From: Eledone cirrhosa
Lineage: Eukaryota
Reading direction: 5' to 3'
Assembly (NCBI GenBank): GCA_964016885.1
Contig: OZ024743.1
Coordinates: 132,122,001 to 132,186,000, forward strand
DNA: 64,000 nt
Of this stretch, positions 12,401-24,100 are shown piece after piece; within the stretch, counting starts at the first letter, position 1; every line of letters starts with the position of its first letter. The notes beneath the pieces were generated by a model that worked only from the letters and a program-made list of their open reading frames with translations, was not told where the DNA came from and did not search any database. The translations under genes were made by a program, and so were the position numbers.

Positions 12401-15400
12401 GTTTGGTGTTTGGTCCTTGGTGCTTGGTGCTTGGTGTTTAGTGCTTGGTGCTTGGTGTTTGTTGTTTGGTGCTTTCTGTTTGCTGCTTGGTGTTTGCTGC
12501 TTGGTGCTTGGTGCTTGGTGTTTGGTGTTTGGTGCTAGGTGCTTGGTGTTTGGTGTTTGGTGTTTGATGCTTGGTGTTTGGTGCTTGGTGTTTGGTGCTT
12601 GGTGCCTGGGGCTTGGTGTTTGGTGCTTGGTGCTTGGTGCTTGGTGTTTGGTGCTTGGTGCTTGGTGTTTGGTGTTTGGTGTTTGGTGCTTGGTGCTTGG
12701 GGTTTGGTGCTTGGTGCTTGGTGCTGGGTGGTTGGTATTTGGTGCTTGGTGCTTGGTGTTTGGTGCTTGGTGCTTGGTGCTTGGTGTTTGGTGCTTGGTG
12801 CTTGGTGCTTGGTCTTTGGTGCTTGGTGTTTGGTGTTTGGTGCTTGGTGCTTTGTGTTTGGTGCTTGGTGATTAGTGTTTGGTGCTTGGTACTTGGTGTT
12901 TGGTGCTTGGTGTTTGGTGTTTGCTGTTTGGTGTTTGGTGTTTGGTGTTTGCTGTTTGGTGTCTGCTTTTTGGTGTTTGGTGTTTGCTGTATGGTGTTTG
13001 CTGTTTCGTGTTTGGTGTTTGCTGTTTGGTGTTTGGTGTTTGCTGTTTGGTGTTTGGTCTTTGGTGCTTGGTGTTTGGTGCTTGGTGCTTGGTGTTTGGT
13101 GTTTGGTGCTTGGTGCTTGGTGCTTGGTGTTTGGTGCTTGGTGTCTGGTGCTTGGTGTCTGGTGCTTGGTGTTTGGTGTTTGGTGTTTGGTGCTTGGTGT
13201 TTGGTGTTTGGTGTTTGGTGTTTGGTGCTTGTTGCTTGGTGCTTGGTGCTTGGTGTTTGGTGCTTGGTGCTTGGTGTTTGGTGTTTGGTGTTTGGTGCTT
13301 GGTGCTTGGTGTTTGGTGTTTGGTGTTATATGCTTGGTGTTTGATGGTTGGTGCTTGGTGCTTGGTGTTTGGTGTTTGGTGCTTGGTGTTTTATGCTTGG
13401 TGTTTGATGTTTGGTGCTTGGTGCTTGGTGTTTGGTGCTTGGTGCTTGGTGTTTGTACTTGGTGCTTGGTGCTTGGTTCTTGGTGTTTGGTGCTTGGTGC
13501 TTGGTGCTTGGTGCTTGGTGTTTGGTGCTTGGGGTTTGGTGCTTGGTGTTCGGTGCTTGCTGCCTGGTGCTTGGTGCTTGGTGCTTGGTGTTTGGTGCTT
13601 GGTGTTTGGTGCTTGGTATTAGGTGTTTGGTGCTTGGTGCTTGGTGTTTGGTGTTTGGTGCTTGGTGTTTGGTGCTTGGTGTTCGGTGTTTGGTGCTTGG
13701 TGTTTGGTGCTTGGTACTTGGTGCTTGGTGCTTGGTGTTAGGTGTTTGGTGCTTGGTGCTTGGTGTTTGGTTTTTGGTGCTTGGTGCTTGGTGTTTGGTG
13801 TTTGGTGCTTGCTGCTGGCTGCTTGGTGTTTGGTGCTTGGTGATTGGTGCTTGGTGTTTGGTGCTTGGTGTTTGGTGTTTGGTAATAGGTGCTTAGTGCT
13901 TGGTGTTTGGTGCTTGGTGCTTGGTGGTTGGTGTTTGGTGCTTGGTGCTTGGTGTTTGGTGCTTGGTGCTGGGTTCTGGGTGGTTGGTGTTTGGTGCTTG
14001 GTGTTTGGTGCTGGGTGCTTGGTGTTTGGTGCTTGGTGCTTGGTCTTTGGTGTTTGGTGTTTGGTGTTTGGGGCTTGGTGCTTGGTGCTTGGTGCTTAGT
14101 GTTTGGTGCTAGGTGCTTGGGGTTTGGTGTTTGGTGCTTGGTGCTTGGTGTTTGGTGCTTGGTGCTTGGTGTTTGGTGTTTGGTGCTTGGTGCTTGGTGT
14201 TTGGTGTTTCCTGTTTGCTGTTTGGTGTTTGGTGTTTGGTGTTTGCTGTTTGGTGTCTGCTTTTTGCTGTTTGGTGTTTGCTGTATGTTATTTGCTGTTT
14301 GGTGTTTGGTGTTTGGTGTTTGGTGCTTGGTGCTTGGTGTTTGGTGCTTGGTGCTTGGTGTTTGGTGCCTGGTGCTTGGGGCTTGGTGTTTGGTGTTTGG
14401 TGCTTGGTGCTTGGAGTTTGGTGTTTGGTGCTTGGTGCTTGGTGTTTTGTGTTTGGTGTTTGGTTTTTGGTGCTTGGTGCTTGGTGCTTGGTGCTTGGTC
14501 CTTGGTGTTTGGTGCTTGGTGCTTGGTGTTTGTACTTGGTGCTTGGTGCTTGGTGTTTGGTTCTTGGTTCTTGGTGTTTGGTACTTGGTGCTTGGTGCTT
14601 GGTGCTTGGTGTTTGGTGTTTGGTGCTTGGTGCTTGGTGTTTGGTGCTTGGTGTTTGGTGTTTGCTGTTTGCTGTTTGGTGTTTGGTGTTTGGTGTTTGG
14701 TGTTTGCTGTTTGGTGTTTGGTGTTTGGTGTTTGGTGTTTGCTGTATGGTGTTTGCTGTTTCGTGTTTGGTCTTTGGTGCTTGGTGTTTGGTGCTTGGTG
14801 CTTGGTGTTTGGTGTTTGGTGCTTGGTGCTTGGTGCTTCGTGTGTGATGTTTGGTGCTTGGTGTCTGGAGCTTGGTGTTTGGTGTTTGGTGCTTGGTGTT
14901 TGGTGTTTGGTGCTTGGTGCTTGGTGTTTGGTGCTTGGTGCTTGGTGTTTGTACTTGGTGCTTGGTGCTTGGTGTTTGGTGCTTGTTTCTTGGTGTTTGG
15001 TGCTTGGTGTTTGGTGCTTGGTGCTTGGTGTTTGGTGCTTGGTGCTTGGTGCTTGGTGCTTGGTGTTAGGTGTTTGGTGCTTGGTGCTTGGTGTTTGGTG
15101 TTTGGTTCTTGGTGCTTGGTATTTGGTGCTTGGTGCTTGCTGCTTGGTGTTTGGTGCTTGGTGATTGATGCTTGGTGTTTGGTGCTTGGTGCTTGGTGTT
15201 TGGTTTTTGGTGCAAGGTGCTTGGTGCTTGGTGTTTGGTGCTTGGTGTTTGGTGTTTGGTGCTTGGTGCTTGGTGTTTGGTACTTGGTGCTTGGCACTTG
15301 GTGTTTGGTGCTTGGTGCTTGGTGTTTGGTGTTTGGTGTTTGGTGCTTGGTGCTTGGTGTTTGGTGCTGGGTGCTTGGTGTTGGGTGGTTGGTGTTTGGT

Positions 15401-16690
15401 GCTTGGTGCTTGGTGTTTGGTGCTAGGTGCATGGTGCTTGGTGTTTGGTGCTTGGTGCTTGGTGCTTGGTCTTTGGTGTTTGGTGTTTAGTGCTTGGTGC
15501 TTGGTGCTTGGTGCTTGGTGCTTGGTGCTTGGTCCTTGGTGTTTGGTGCTTGGTGCTTTGTGTTTGGTGTTTGGTGCTTGGTGCTTGGTGCTTCGTGTTT
15601 GGTGTTTGGTGCTTGGTGTCTGGAGCTTGGTGTTTGGTGTTTGGTGCTTGGTGTTTGCTGTTTGGTGCTTGGTGCTTGGTGTTTGGTGCTTGGTGCTTGG
15701 TGTTTGTACTTGGTGTTTGGTGCTTGGTGTTTGGTGCTTGGTTCTTGGTGTTTGGTGCTTGGTGTTTGGAGCTTGGTGCTTGGTGTTTGGTGCTTGGTGC
15801 TTGGTGTTTGTACTTGGTGCTTGGTGCTTGGTGTTTGGTGCTTGGTTCTTGGTGTTTGGTGCTTGGTGTTTGGAGCTTGGTGCTTGGTGTTTGGTGCTTG
15901 GTGCTTGGTGTTTGGTGTTTGGTGCTTGGTGCTAGGTGTTTGGTGCTTGGTGCTTGGTGTTTGGTGTTTGGTTCTTGGTGCTTGGTATTTTGTGCTTTGT
16001 GCTTGCTGCTTGGTGTTTGGTGCTTGGTGATTGATGCTTGGTGTTTGGTGCTTGGTGCTTGGTGTTTGGTTTTTGGTGCTAGGTGCTTGGTGCTTGGTGT
16101 TTGGTGCTTGGTGTTTGGTGTTTGGTGCTTGGTGCTTGGGGCTTGGTGTTTGGTACTTGGTGCTTGGTGCTTGGTGTTTGGTGCTTGGTGCTTGGTGTTT
16201 GGTGTTTGGTGTTTGGTGCTTGGTGCTTGGTGTTTGGTGCTTGGTGCTTGGTGCTGGGTGGTTGGTGTTTGGTGCTTGGTGCTTGGTGTTTGGTGCTTGG
16301 TGCATGGTGCTTGGTGTTTGGTGCTTGGTGCTTGGTGCTTGGTCTTTGGTGTTTGGTGTTTAGTGCTTGGTGCTTGGTGCTTGGTGCTTGGTGCATTGTG
16401 ATTAGTGTTTGGTGCTTGGTCCTTGGGGTTTGGTGTTTGGTGCTTGGTGCTTGGTGTTTGGTGCTGGGTACTTGGTGTTTGGTGCTTGGTGTTTGCTGTT
16501 TGCTGTTTGGTGTTTTTGGTGTTTGCTGTTTGCTGTTTGGTGTCTGCTTTTTGGTGTTTGGTGTTTGCTCTATGGTGTTTGCTGTTTCATGTTTGGTGTT
16601 TGCTGTTTGGTGTTTGGTGTTTGCTGTTTGGTGTTTGGTCTTTGGTGCTTGGTGTTTGGTGTTTGGTGCTTGGTGCTTGGTGCTTGGTGT
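9430..16690 (+). repeat. 7.3 kb tandem segmental duplication, copy 2 (42 bp = 6 monomers shorter)
   Basis: Same markers as copy 1. TAATAGG at 9661 and 13883 versus 2354 and 6618. The offset drops from 7307 to 7265 near 13.25 kb. Confidence 0.93.
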
Positions 16691-16699
16691 TTGGTGTTT

Positions 16700-18150
16700 G
16701 GTGTTTGGTGCTTGGTGCCTGGTGCTTGTAGTTTGGTGATTGGTGCTTGGTGTTTGCTGTTTGGTGTTTGGTGTTTGGTGTTTGCTGTTTGGTGTTTGGT
16801 GCTTGGTGCTTGGTGCTTGGTGTTTGGTGCTTGGTGCTTGGTGTTTGGTGTTTGGTGCTTGGTGTTTGGTGCTTGGTGCCTGGTGCTTGTTGTTTGGTGC
16901 TTGGTGTTTGGTGTTTGGTGTTTGGTGCTTGGTGTTTGGTGCTTGGTGTTTGGTGTTTGGTGCTTGGTGCTTGGTGTTTGGTGTTTGATGCTTGGTGCTT
17001 GGTGCTTGGTGTTTGGTGTTTGCTGCTTGGTGTCTGGTGCTTGGTGCTGGGTGCTTGGTGTTTGGTGCTTGGTGATTGGTGCTTGGTCTTTGGTGCTGGG
17101 TGCTTGGTGTTTGGTGTTTGATGCTTGGTGTTTGATGCTTGGTGCTTGGTGCTTGGTGTTTGGTGCTTGACGCTTGGTGTTTGTACTTTGTGCTTGGTGC
17201 TTGGTGTTTTGTGCTTGGTTCTTGGTGTTTGGTGCTTGGTGTTTCGTGCTTGGTGCTTGGTGTTTGGTGCTTGGTGCTTGGTGTTTGGTGCTTGGTGTTT
17301 GGTGCTTGGTGTTTGGTGCTTGGTGTTAGGTGTTTGGTGCTTGGTGTTTGGTGTTTGGTGCTTCATGCTTGGTGCTTGGTGTTTGGTGCTTGGTGCTTGG
17401 TGTTTGGTGCTTGGTGCCTGGTGCATGGTGTTTGGTGCTTGATGCTTGGTGATTGGTGTTTGCTGTTAGGTGTTTGGTGCTTGGTGCTTGGTGTTTGGTG
17501 CTTGGTGCTTGGTGTTTGGTGTTTGGTGCCTGTTGATTGTTGGTTGGTGTATGGTGCTTGGTGCTTGGTGTTTGGTGCTAGGTGCGTGGTGCTTGGTGCT
17601 TGGTGTTTGGTGCTTGGTGTTTGGTGCTTGGCACTTGGGGTTTGGTGTTTGGTGCTTGGTGCTTGGTGCTTGGTGTTTGGTGCTTGGTGCTTGGTGTTTG
17701 GTGTTTGGTGCTTGGTGTTTGGTGCTTGGTGCTTGGTGCTGGGTGATTGGTGTTTGGTGCTTGGTGCTTGGTGTTTGGTGTTTGGTGCTTGGTGCTTGGT
17801 GCTTGGTGTTTGGTGCTTGGTGCTTGGTGCTTGGTCTTTGGTGCTTGGTGTTTGGTGTTTGTTGCTTGGTGCTTGGTGTTTGGTGCTTGGTGCTTGGTGA
17901 TTAGTGTTTGGTGCTTGCTGCTTGGGGTTTGGTGTTTGGTGCTTGGTGCTTGGTGTTTGGTGCTTGGTGCTTGGTGTTTGGTGCTTGGTGTTTGTTTTTT
18001 GCTGTTTGGTGTTTGGTGTTTGGTGTTTGCTGTTTGCTGTTTGCTTTTTGGTGTTTGGTGTTTGCTGTATGGTGTTTGCTGTTTCGTGTTTATTGTTTGC
18101 TGTTTGGTGTTTGGTGTTTGGTGTTTGCTGTTTCCTGTTTGGTCTTTAGT
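16700..18150 (+). repeat. Transitional satellite block rich in private variants, not duplicated as a whole in the window
   Basis: Variants seen only here: CTTGACGC (~17167), CTTCATGC (~17361), CCTGTTGATTGTT (~17529), CTTTAGTCTT (~18145). Confidence 0.7.
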
Positions 18151-21100
18151 CTTTGGTGCTTGGTGTTTGGTGCTTGGTGCTTGGTGTTTGGTATTTGGTG
18201 CTTGGTGTTTGGTGCTTGGTGCTTGGTACTTGTTGTTTGGTGATTGGTGCTTGGTGCTTGGTGTTTGGTGTTTGGTGCTTGGGGCTTGGTGTTTGGTGCT
18301 GCGTGCTTGGTGATTGGTGCTTGGTGCTTGGTGTTTTGTGTTTGGTGTTTGATGCTTGGTGTTTGGTGTTTGGTGCTTGGTGCTTGGTGTTTGGTGTTTG
18401 ATGCTTGGTGCTTGATGCTTGGTGCTTGGTGCTTGGTGTTTGGTGCTTGGTGCTTGGTGTTTGTACTTGTTGCTTGGTGCTTGGTGTTTGGTGCTTGGTT
18501 TTTGGTGCTTGGTGTTTGGTGTTTGCTGTTTGCTGTTTGGTGCTTGGTGTTTGCTGTTTGGTGTTTGTTGTTTGGTGTTTGCTGTTTGGTGTTTGCTGTT
18601 TGGTGTTTGGTGCTTGCTGTTTGGTGCTTGGTGTTTGGTGGTTGGTGCTTAGTGTTTGGTGTTTGCGGTTTGCTGTTTGGTGTTTGGTGCTTGGTGCTTG
18701 GTGCTTGGTGTTTGGTGTTTGGTGCTTGGTGTTTGGTGTTTGGTTCTTGGTGCTTGGATTTTGGTGCTTGGTGCCTGGTGCTTGGTGTTTGGTGTTTGAT
18801 GCTTGGTGCTTGATGCTTGGTGCTTGGTGTTTGGTGCTTGGTGCTTGGTGTTTGTACTTGTTACTTGGTGCTTGGTGTCTGGTGTTTGGTGCTTGGTGTC
18901 TGGTGTTTTGTGCTTGGTGTTTGGTGTTTGGTGCTTGGTGCTTGGTGTTTGGTGTTTGGTGCTTGGTGCTTGGTGTTTGGTGTTTAGTGCTTGGTGTTTG
19001 GTGTTTGGTGCTTGGTGCTTGGTGTTTGTTGCTTGGTACTTGGTGCATGGTGTTTGGTGCTGGGTGCTTGGTGTTTGGTGCTTGGTGTTTGGTGCTTGGT
19101 GCTTGGTGTTTGGTGTTTGGTGCTTGATGCTTGGTGCTTGGTGTTTGGTGCTTGGTGTTTGTACTTGGTGCTTGGTGCTTGGTGTTTTGTGCTTAGTTCT
19201 TGGTGTTTGGTGTTTGGTGCTTGGTGCTTGGTGCTTGGTGTTAGGTGTTTGGCGCTTGGTGCTTGGTGTTTGGTGTTTGGTCCTTGGTGCTTCGTGTTTA
19301 GTGCTTGGTGCTTGGTGTTTGTTGTTTGGTGCTTTCTGCTTGCTGCTTGGTGTTTGGTGCTTGGTCATTGGTGCTTGGTGTTTGGTGCTTGGTGCTTGGT
19401 GTTTGCTGTTTGGTGCTAGATGCTTGGTGCTTGGTGTTTGGTGTTTGGTGTTTGGTGTTTGGTGCTTCGTGCTTGGGGTTTGGTGTTTGGTGCTTGGTGC
19501 TTGGTGCTTGGTTTTTGGTGCTTGGTGCTTGGTGTTTGGTGTTTCGTGTTTGGTGCTTGGTGCTTGGTGTTTGGTGCTTGGTGCTTGGTGCTGGGTGGTT
19601 GGTATTTGGTGCTTGGTGCTTGGTGTTTGGTGCTTGGTGCTTGGTGCTTGGTGTTTGGTGCTTGGTGCTTGGTGCTTGGTCTTTGGTGCTTGGTGTTTGG
19701 TGTTTGGTGCTTGGTGCTTGGTGCTTGGTGTTTGGTGCTTGGTGATTAGTGTTTGGTGCTTGGTGCTTGGGGTTTGGTGTTTGGTGCTCGGTGCTTGGTG
19801 TTTGGTGCTTGGTACTTGGTGTTTGGTGCTTGGTGTTTGGTGTTTGCTGTTTGCTGTTTCGTGTTTGGTGTTTGCTGTTTGGTGTTTGGTGTTTGCTGTT
19901 AGGTGTTTGGTCTTTGGTGCTTGGTGTTTGGTGCTTGGTGTTTGGTGTTTGGTGCTTGGTGCTTGGTGTTTGGTGTTTGGTGCTTGGTGCTTGGTGCTTG
20001 GTGTTTGGTGTTTGGTGCTTGGTGTTTGGTGTTTGGTGTTTGGTGCTTGGTGTTTGGTGTTTGGTGCCTGGTGTTTGGTGTTTATTGCTGGTTGCTTGGT
20101 GCTTGGTGCTTGGTGTTTGGTGTTTGGTGCTTGGTGCTTGGTGTTTGGTGCTTGGTGCTTGGTGTTTGTACTTGGTGCTTGGTGCTTGGTGTTTGGTGCT
20201 TGGTTCTTGGTGTTTGGTGCTTGGTGTTTGGTGCTTGGTGCTTGGTGTTTGGTGCTTGGTGCTTGGTGTTTGTTGTTAGGTGTTTGGTGCTTGGTGCTTG
20301 GTGTTTGGTGTTTGGTTCTTGGTGCTTGGTATTTGGTGCTTGGTGCTTGCTGCTTGGTGTTTGGTGCTTGGTGATTGATGCTTGGTGTTTGGTGCTTGGT
20401 GCTTGGTGTTTGGTTTTTGGTGCTAGGTGCTTGGTGCTTGGTGTTTGGTGCTTGGTGTTTGGTGTTTGGTGCTTGGTGCTTGGTGTTTGGTACTTGGTGC
20501 TTGGTGCTTGGTGTTTGGTGCTTGGTGTTTGGTGTTTGGTGCTTGGTGCTTGGTGTTTGGTACTTGGTGCTTGGTGCTTGGTGTTTGGTGCTTGGTGCTT
20601 GGTGTTTGGTGTTTGGTGTTTGGTGCCTGGTGCTTGGTGTTTGGTGCTTGGTGCTTGGTGTTTGTACTTGTTACTTGGTGCTTGGTGTCTGGTGTTTGGT
20701 GCTTGGTGTCTGGTGTTTTGTGCTTGGTGTTTGGTGTTTGGTGCTTGGTGCTTGGTGTTTGGTGTTTGGTGCTTGGTGCTTGGTGTTTGGTGTTTAGTGC
20801 TTGGTGTTTGGTGTTTGGTGCTTGGTGCTTGGTATTTGTTGCTTGGTACTTGGTGCATGGTGTTTGATGCTTGGTGCTTGGTGTTTGGTGCTTGGTGTTT
20901 GTACTTGGTGCTTGGTGCTTGGTGTTTTGTGCTTAGTTCTTGGTGTTTGGTGTTTGGTGCTTGGTGCTTGGTGCTTGGTGCTTGGTGTTAGGTGTTTGGT
21001 GCTTGGTGCTTGGTGTTTGGTGTTTGGTCCTTGGTGCTTCGTGTTTAGTGCTTGGTGCTTGGTGTTTGTTGTTTGGTGCTTTCTGCTTGCTGCTTGGTGT

Positions 21101-24100
21101 TTGGTGCTTGGTCATTGGTGCTTGGTGTTTGGTGCTTGGTGCTTGGTGTTTGCTGTTTGGTGCTAGATGCTTGGTGCTTGGTGTTTGGTGTTTGGTGTTT
21201 GGTGTTTGATGCTTCGTGCTTGGGGTTTGGTGTTTGGTGCTTGGTGCTTGGTGCTTGGTCTTTGGTGCTTGGTGCTTGGTGTTTCGTGTTTCGTGTTTGG
21301 TGCTTGGTGCTTGGTGTTTGGTGCTTGGTGCTTGGTGCTGGGTGGTTGGTATTTGGTGCTTGGTGCTTGGTATTTGGTGCTTGGTGCTTGGTGCTTGGTG
21401 TTTGGTGCTTGGTGCTTGGTGCTTGGTCTTTGGTGCTTGGTGTTTGGTGTTTGGTGCTTGGTGCTTGGTGCTTGGTGTTTGGTGCTTGGTGATTAGTGTT
21501 TGGTGCTTGGTGCTTGGTGTTTGGTGTTTGGTGCTTGGTGCTTGGTGTTTGGTGCTTGGTACTTGGTGTTTGGTGCTTGGTGTTTGGTGTTTGCTGTTTG
21601 GTGTTTGCTGTTTCGTGTTTGGTGTTTGCTGTTTGGTGTCTGCTTTTTGGTGTTTGGTGTTTGCTGTATGGTGTTTGCTGTTTCGTGTTTGGTGTTTGCT
21701 GTTAGGTGTTTGGTCTTTGGTGCTTGGTGTTTGGTGCTTGGTGTTTGGTGTTTGGTGCTTGGTGCTTGGTGTTTGGTGTTTGGTGCTTGGTGCTTGGTGC
21801 TTGGTGTTTGGTGTTTGGTGCTTGGTGTTTGGTGTTTGGTGTTTGGTGCTTGGTGTTTGGTGTTTGGTGGCTGGTGTTTGGTGTTTATTGCTTGTTGCTT
21901 GGTGCTTGGTGCTTGGTGTTTGGTGTTTGGTGCTTGGTGCTTGGTGTTTGGTGCTTGGTGCTTGGTGTTTGTACTTGGTGCTTGGTGCTTGGTGTTTGCT
22001 GCTTGGTTCTTGGTGTTTGGTGCTTGGTGTTTGGTGCTTGGTGCTTGGTGTTTGGTGCTTGGTGCTTGGTGTTTGGTGTTTGGTGCTTGGTGCTTGGTGC
22101 TTGGTGTTTGGTGTTTGGTGCTTGGTGCTTGGTGTTTGGTGTTTGGTTCTTGGTGCTTGGTATTTGGTGCTTGGTGCTTGCTGCTTGGTGTTTGGTGCTT
22201 GGTGATTGATGCTTGGTGTTTGGTGCTTGGTGCTTGGTGTTTGGTATTTGGTGCTTGGTGTTTGGTGCTTGGTGCTTGGTACTTGTTGTTTGGTGATTGG
22301 TGCTTGGTGCTTGGTGTTTGGTGTTTGGTGCTTGGGGCTTGGTGTTTGGTGCTGCGTGCTTGGTGATTGGTGCTTGGTGCTTGGTGTTTTGTGTTTGGTG
22401 TTTGATGCTTGGTGTTTGGTGTTTGGTGCTTGGTGCTTGGTGTTTGGTGTTTGATGCTTGGTGCTTGATGCTTGGTGCTTGGTGCTTGGTGTTTGGTGCT
22501 TGGTGCTTGGTGTTTGTACTTGTTGCTTGGTGCTTGGTGTTTGGTTCTTGGTTTTTGGTGCTTGGTGTTTGGTGTTTGCTGTTTGCTGTTTGGTGCTTGG
22601 TGTTTGCTGTTTGGTGTTTGTTGTTTGGTGTTTGCTGTTTGGTGTTTGCTGTTTGGTGTTTGGTGCTTGCTGTTTGGTGCTTGGTGTTTGGTGCTTGGTG
22701 CTTAGTGTTTGGTGTTTGGTGTTTGGTGCTTGGTGCTTGGGGCTTGGTGTTTGGTGCTTGGTGCTTGGTGCTTGGTGCTTGGTGCATGGTGCTTGGTGCT
22801 TGGTGTTTGTCGCTTGGTGCTTGGTGCTTGGTGTTTGTTGCTTGGTGTTTGGTGTTTGGTGCTTGGTGTTTGGTGTTTGGTGTTTGGTGTTTGGTGTTTG
22901 CTGTTTGGTGTTTGCTGTTTGCTGTTTGGTGTCTGCTTTTTGGTGTTTGGTGTTTTCTGTATGGTGTTTGCTGTTTCGTGTTTGGTGTTTGCTGTTTGGT
23001 GCTTGGTGCTTGGTGTTTGGTGCTTGGTGTTTGGTGTTTGGTGCTTGGTGTTTGGTGTTTGGTGTTTGGTGTTTGGTGTTTGCTGTTTGGTGTTTGCTGT
23101 TTGCTGTTTGGTGTCTGCTTTTTGGTGTTTGGTGTTTTCTGTATGGTGTTTGCTGTTTCGTGTTTGGTGTTTGCTGTTTGGTGTTTGCGGTTTGCTGTTT
23201 GTTGTTTGGTGCTTGGTGCTTGCTGCTTGGTGTTTGGTGTTTGGTGCTTGGTGTTTGGTGTTTGGTTCTTGGTGCTTGGATTTTGGTGCTTGGTGCCTGG
23301 TGCTTGGTGTTTGGTGTTTGATGCTTGGTGCTTGATGCTTGCTGCTTGGTGTTTGGTGCCTGGTGCTTGGTGTTTGTACTTGTTACTTGGTGCTTGGTGT
23401 CTGGTGTTTGGTGCTTGGTGTCTGGTGTTTTGTGCTTGGTGTTTGCTGTTTGGTGCTTGGTGCTTGGTGTTTGGTGTTTGGTGCTTGGTGCTTGGTGTTT
23501 GGTGTTTAGTGCTTGGTGTTTGGTGTTTGGTGCTTGGTGCTTGGTGTTTGTTGCTTGGTACTTGGTGCATGGTGTTTGGTGCTGGGTGCTTGGTGTTTGG
23601 TGCTTGGTGTTTGGTGCTTGGTGCTTGGTGTTTGGTGTTTGGTGTTTGATGCTTGGTGCTTGGTGTTTGGTGCTTGGTGTTTGTACTTGGTGCTTGGTGC
23701 TTGGTGTTTTGTGCTTAGTTCTTGGTGTTTGGTGTTTGGTGCTTGGTGCTTGGTGCTTGGTGTTAGGTGTTTGGCGCTTGGTGCTTGGTGTTTGGTGTTT
23801 GGTCCTTGGTGCTTCGTGTTTAGTGCTTGGTGCTTGGTGTTTGTTGTTTGGTGCTTTCTGCTTGCTGCTTGGTGTTTGGTGCTTGGTCATTGGTGCTTGG
23901 TGTTTGGTGCTTGGTGCTTGGTGTTTGCTGTTTGGTGCTAGATGCTTGGTGCTTGGTGTTTGGTGTTTGGTGTTTGGTGTTTGGTGCTTCGTGCTTGGGG
24001 TTTGGTGTTTGGTGCTTGGTGCTTTGTGCTTGGTCTTTGGTGCTTGGTGCTTGGTGTTTGGTGTTTCGTGTTTGGTGCTTGGTGCTTAGTGTTTGGTGCT

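Noticed and set aside
19361-19370. TTGGTCA variant matches the cyanobacterial STRR2 heptamer TT(G/T)GTCA
   Set aside because: It is a rare variant (six copies seen) spread by duplication. STRR tracts are short and intergenic, unlike a 64 kb gene-free array.
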